Of a stretch of DNA of 32,000 bases, positions 31,724 to 32,000 are shown in pieces; position 1 is the stretch's first letter; the number at the start of each line of letters is the position of its first letter. This DNA comes from Candidatus Lokiarchaeum ossiferum (GTDB taxonomy: Archaea > Asgardarchaeota > Lokiarchaeia > Sigyniarchaeales > Promethearchaeaceae). The translations under genes and the position numbers were made by a program. The stretch covers positions 3,150,001 through 3,182,000 of the forward strand of contig CP104013.1 in the NCBI GenBank assembly GCA_025839675.1, written 5' to 3'. Below the pieces are notes generated by a model, which was given only the letters and a program-made list of their open reading frames with translations, did no database searches and had not been told where the DNA came from.

Positions 31724-31845
31724 TTTTTATCCTAATAACCACATTTGCATAATATCATTAAAAATTTTTGCTTAGGGGTATAATGGACTATTGAACCTCG
31801 AGTGCTACTGGAAAATAGGTAGTAAAAAAAGCATCAATGGTCGGA

Positions 31846-32000
31846 TTATTGATATCGCGATTGGCTGATAACATTGACCGTGCGAATAAATTTCTCAGAT
31901 AACTCGTCGTTTCCGATAATGGTCAAAAGAGAATCAACGATATTACGATCTTCACAGAGAACGGGAATGGCACCGTAGGTTAAGGGAAAAAGTGAAACGA
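31846..32000 (-). CDS. 3' end of an unidentified CDS continuing beyond the window
   Basis: The minus-strand frame is open from nt 32000 to the TAA at 31846-31848. It reads VSLFPLTYGAIPVLCEDRNIVDSLLTIIGNDELSEKFIRTVNVISQSRYQ. Only 51 codons are visible and no family could be assigned. Confidence 0.3.
   Translation of the reverse strand, partial: VSLFPLTYGAIPVLCEDRNIVDSLLTIIGNDELSEKFIRTVNVISQSRYQ

Overview
AT-rich window, most likely archaeal. Evidence: an intron-containing tRNA, a PAC2/Pba proteasome-assembly chaperone with an HbYX tail, and TATA boxes about 26-29 nt upstream of several start codons (leaderless-style). The LRR protein and giant orphan proteins give an Asgard-like flavour, but that is inference only.

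Layout:
(1) 1-3.8 kb holds housekeeping-type genes: PAC2 chaperone, PfkB kinase, DinB-family protein, one intact GNAT and one frameshifted GNAT.
(2) 3.87-19.83 kb is an accessory island at a tRNA-Asn(GUU) gene. The intact tRNA (19755-19830, minus strand) is repeated as a 77-nt 3'-half copy at 3872-3948 and as a more decayed remnant at 18172-18215. This suggests at least two integration events.
- The larger segment carries a 1452-aa secreted repeat protein, an OLD/PARIS-like ABC-ATPase-Toprim nuclease next to a translationally coupled pair (an unknown 210-aa protein and an SNase-like nuclease), and a Csa3/DUF6293-like regulator.
- It also carries a multi-TM protein, a small serine recombinase, a DUF3800 protein, and an iteron/AT-rich non-coding block.
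- The 1.5-kb segment next to the tRNA is a Pycsar-like pair: a class III nucleotidyl cyclase and a DUF5706-type TM effector.
(3) An intron-containing tRNA, probably Glu(UUC), lies at 20030-20137.
(4) 20.3-29.4 kb is a noticeably GC-richer minus-strand gene string: a HerA/FtsK-like ATPase tightly followed by an 1818-aa orphan protein (about 750-aa polyacidic N-terminus), then an LRR protein. I consider this the best candidate for an undescribed system.
(5) 29.2-30.9 kb holds duplicated small RHH and 2-TM genes.
(6) 30.9-32 kb holds a flavodoxin/4Fe-4S protein and a partial CDS.

No CRISPR array and no rRNA were seen. All functional calls rest on motif recognition by eye; no database searches were run.
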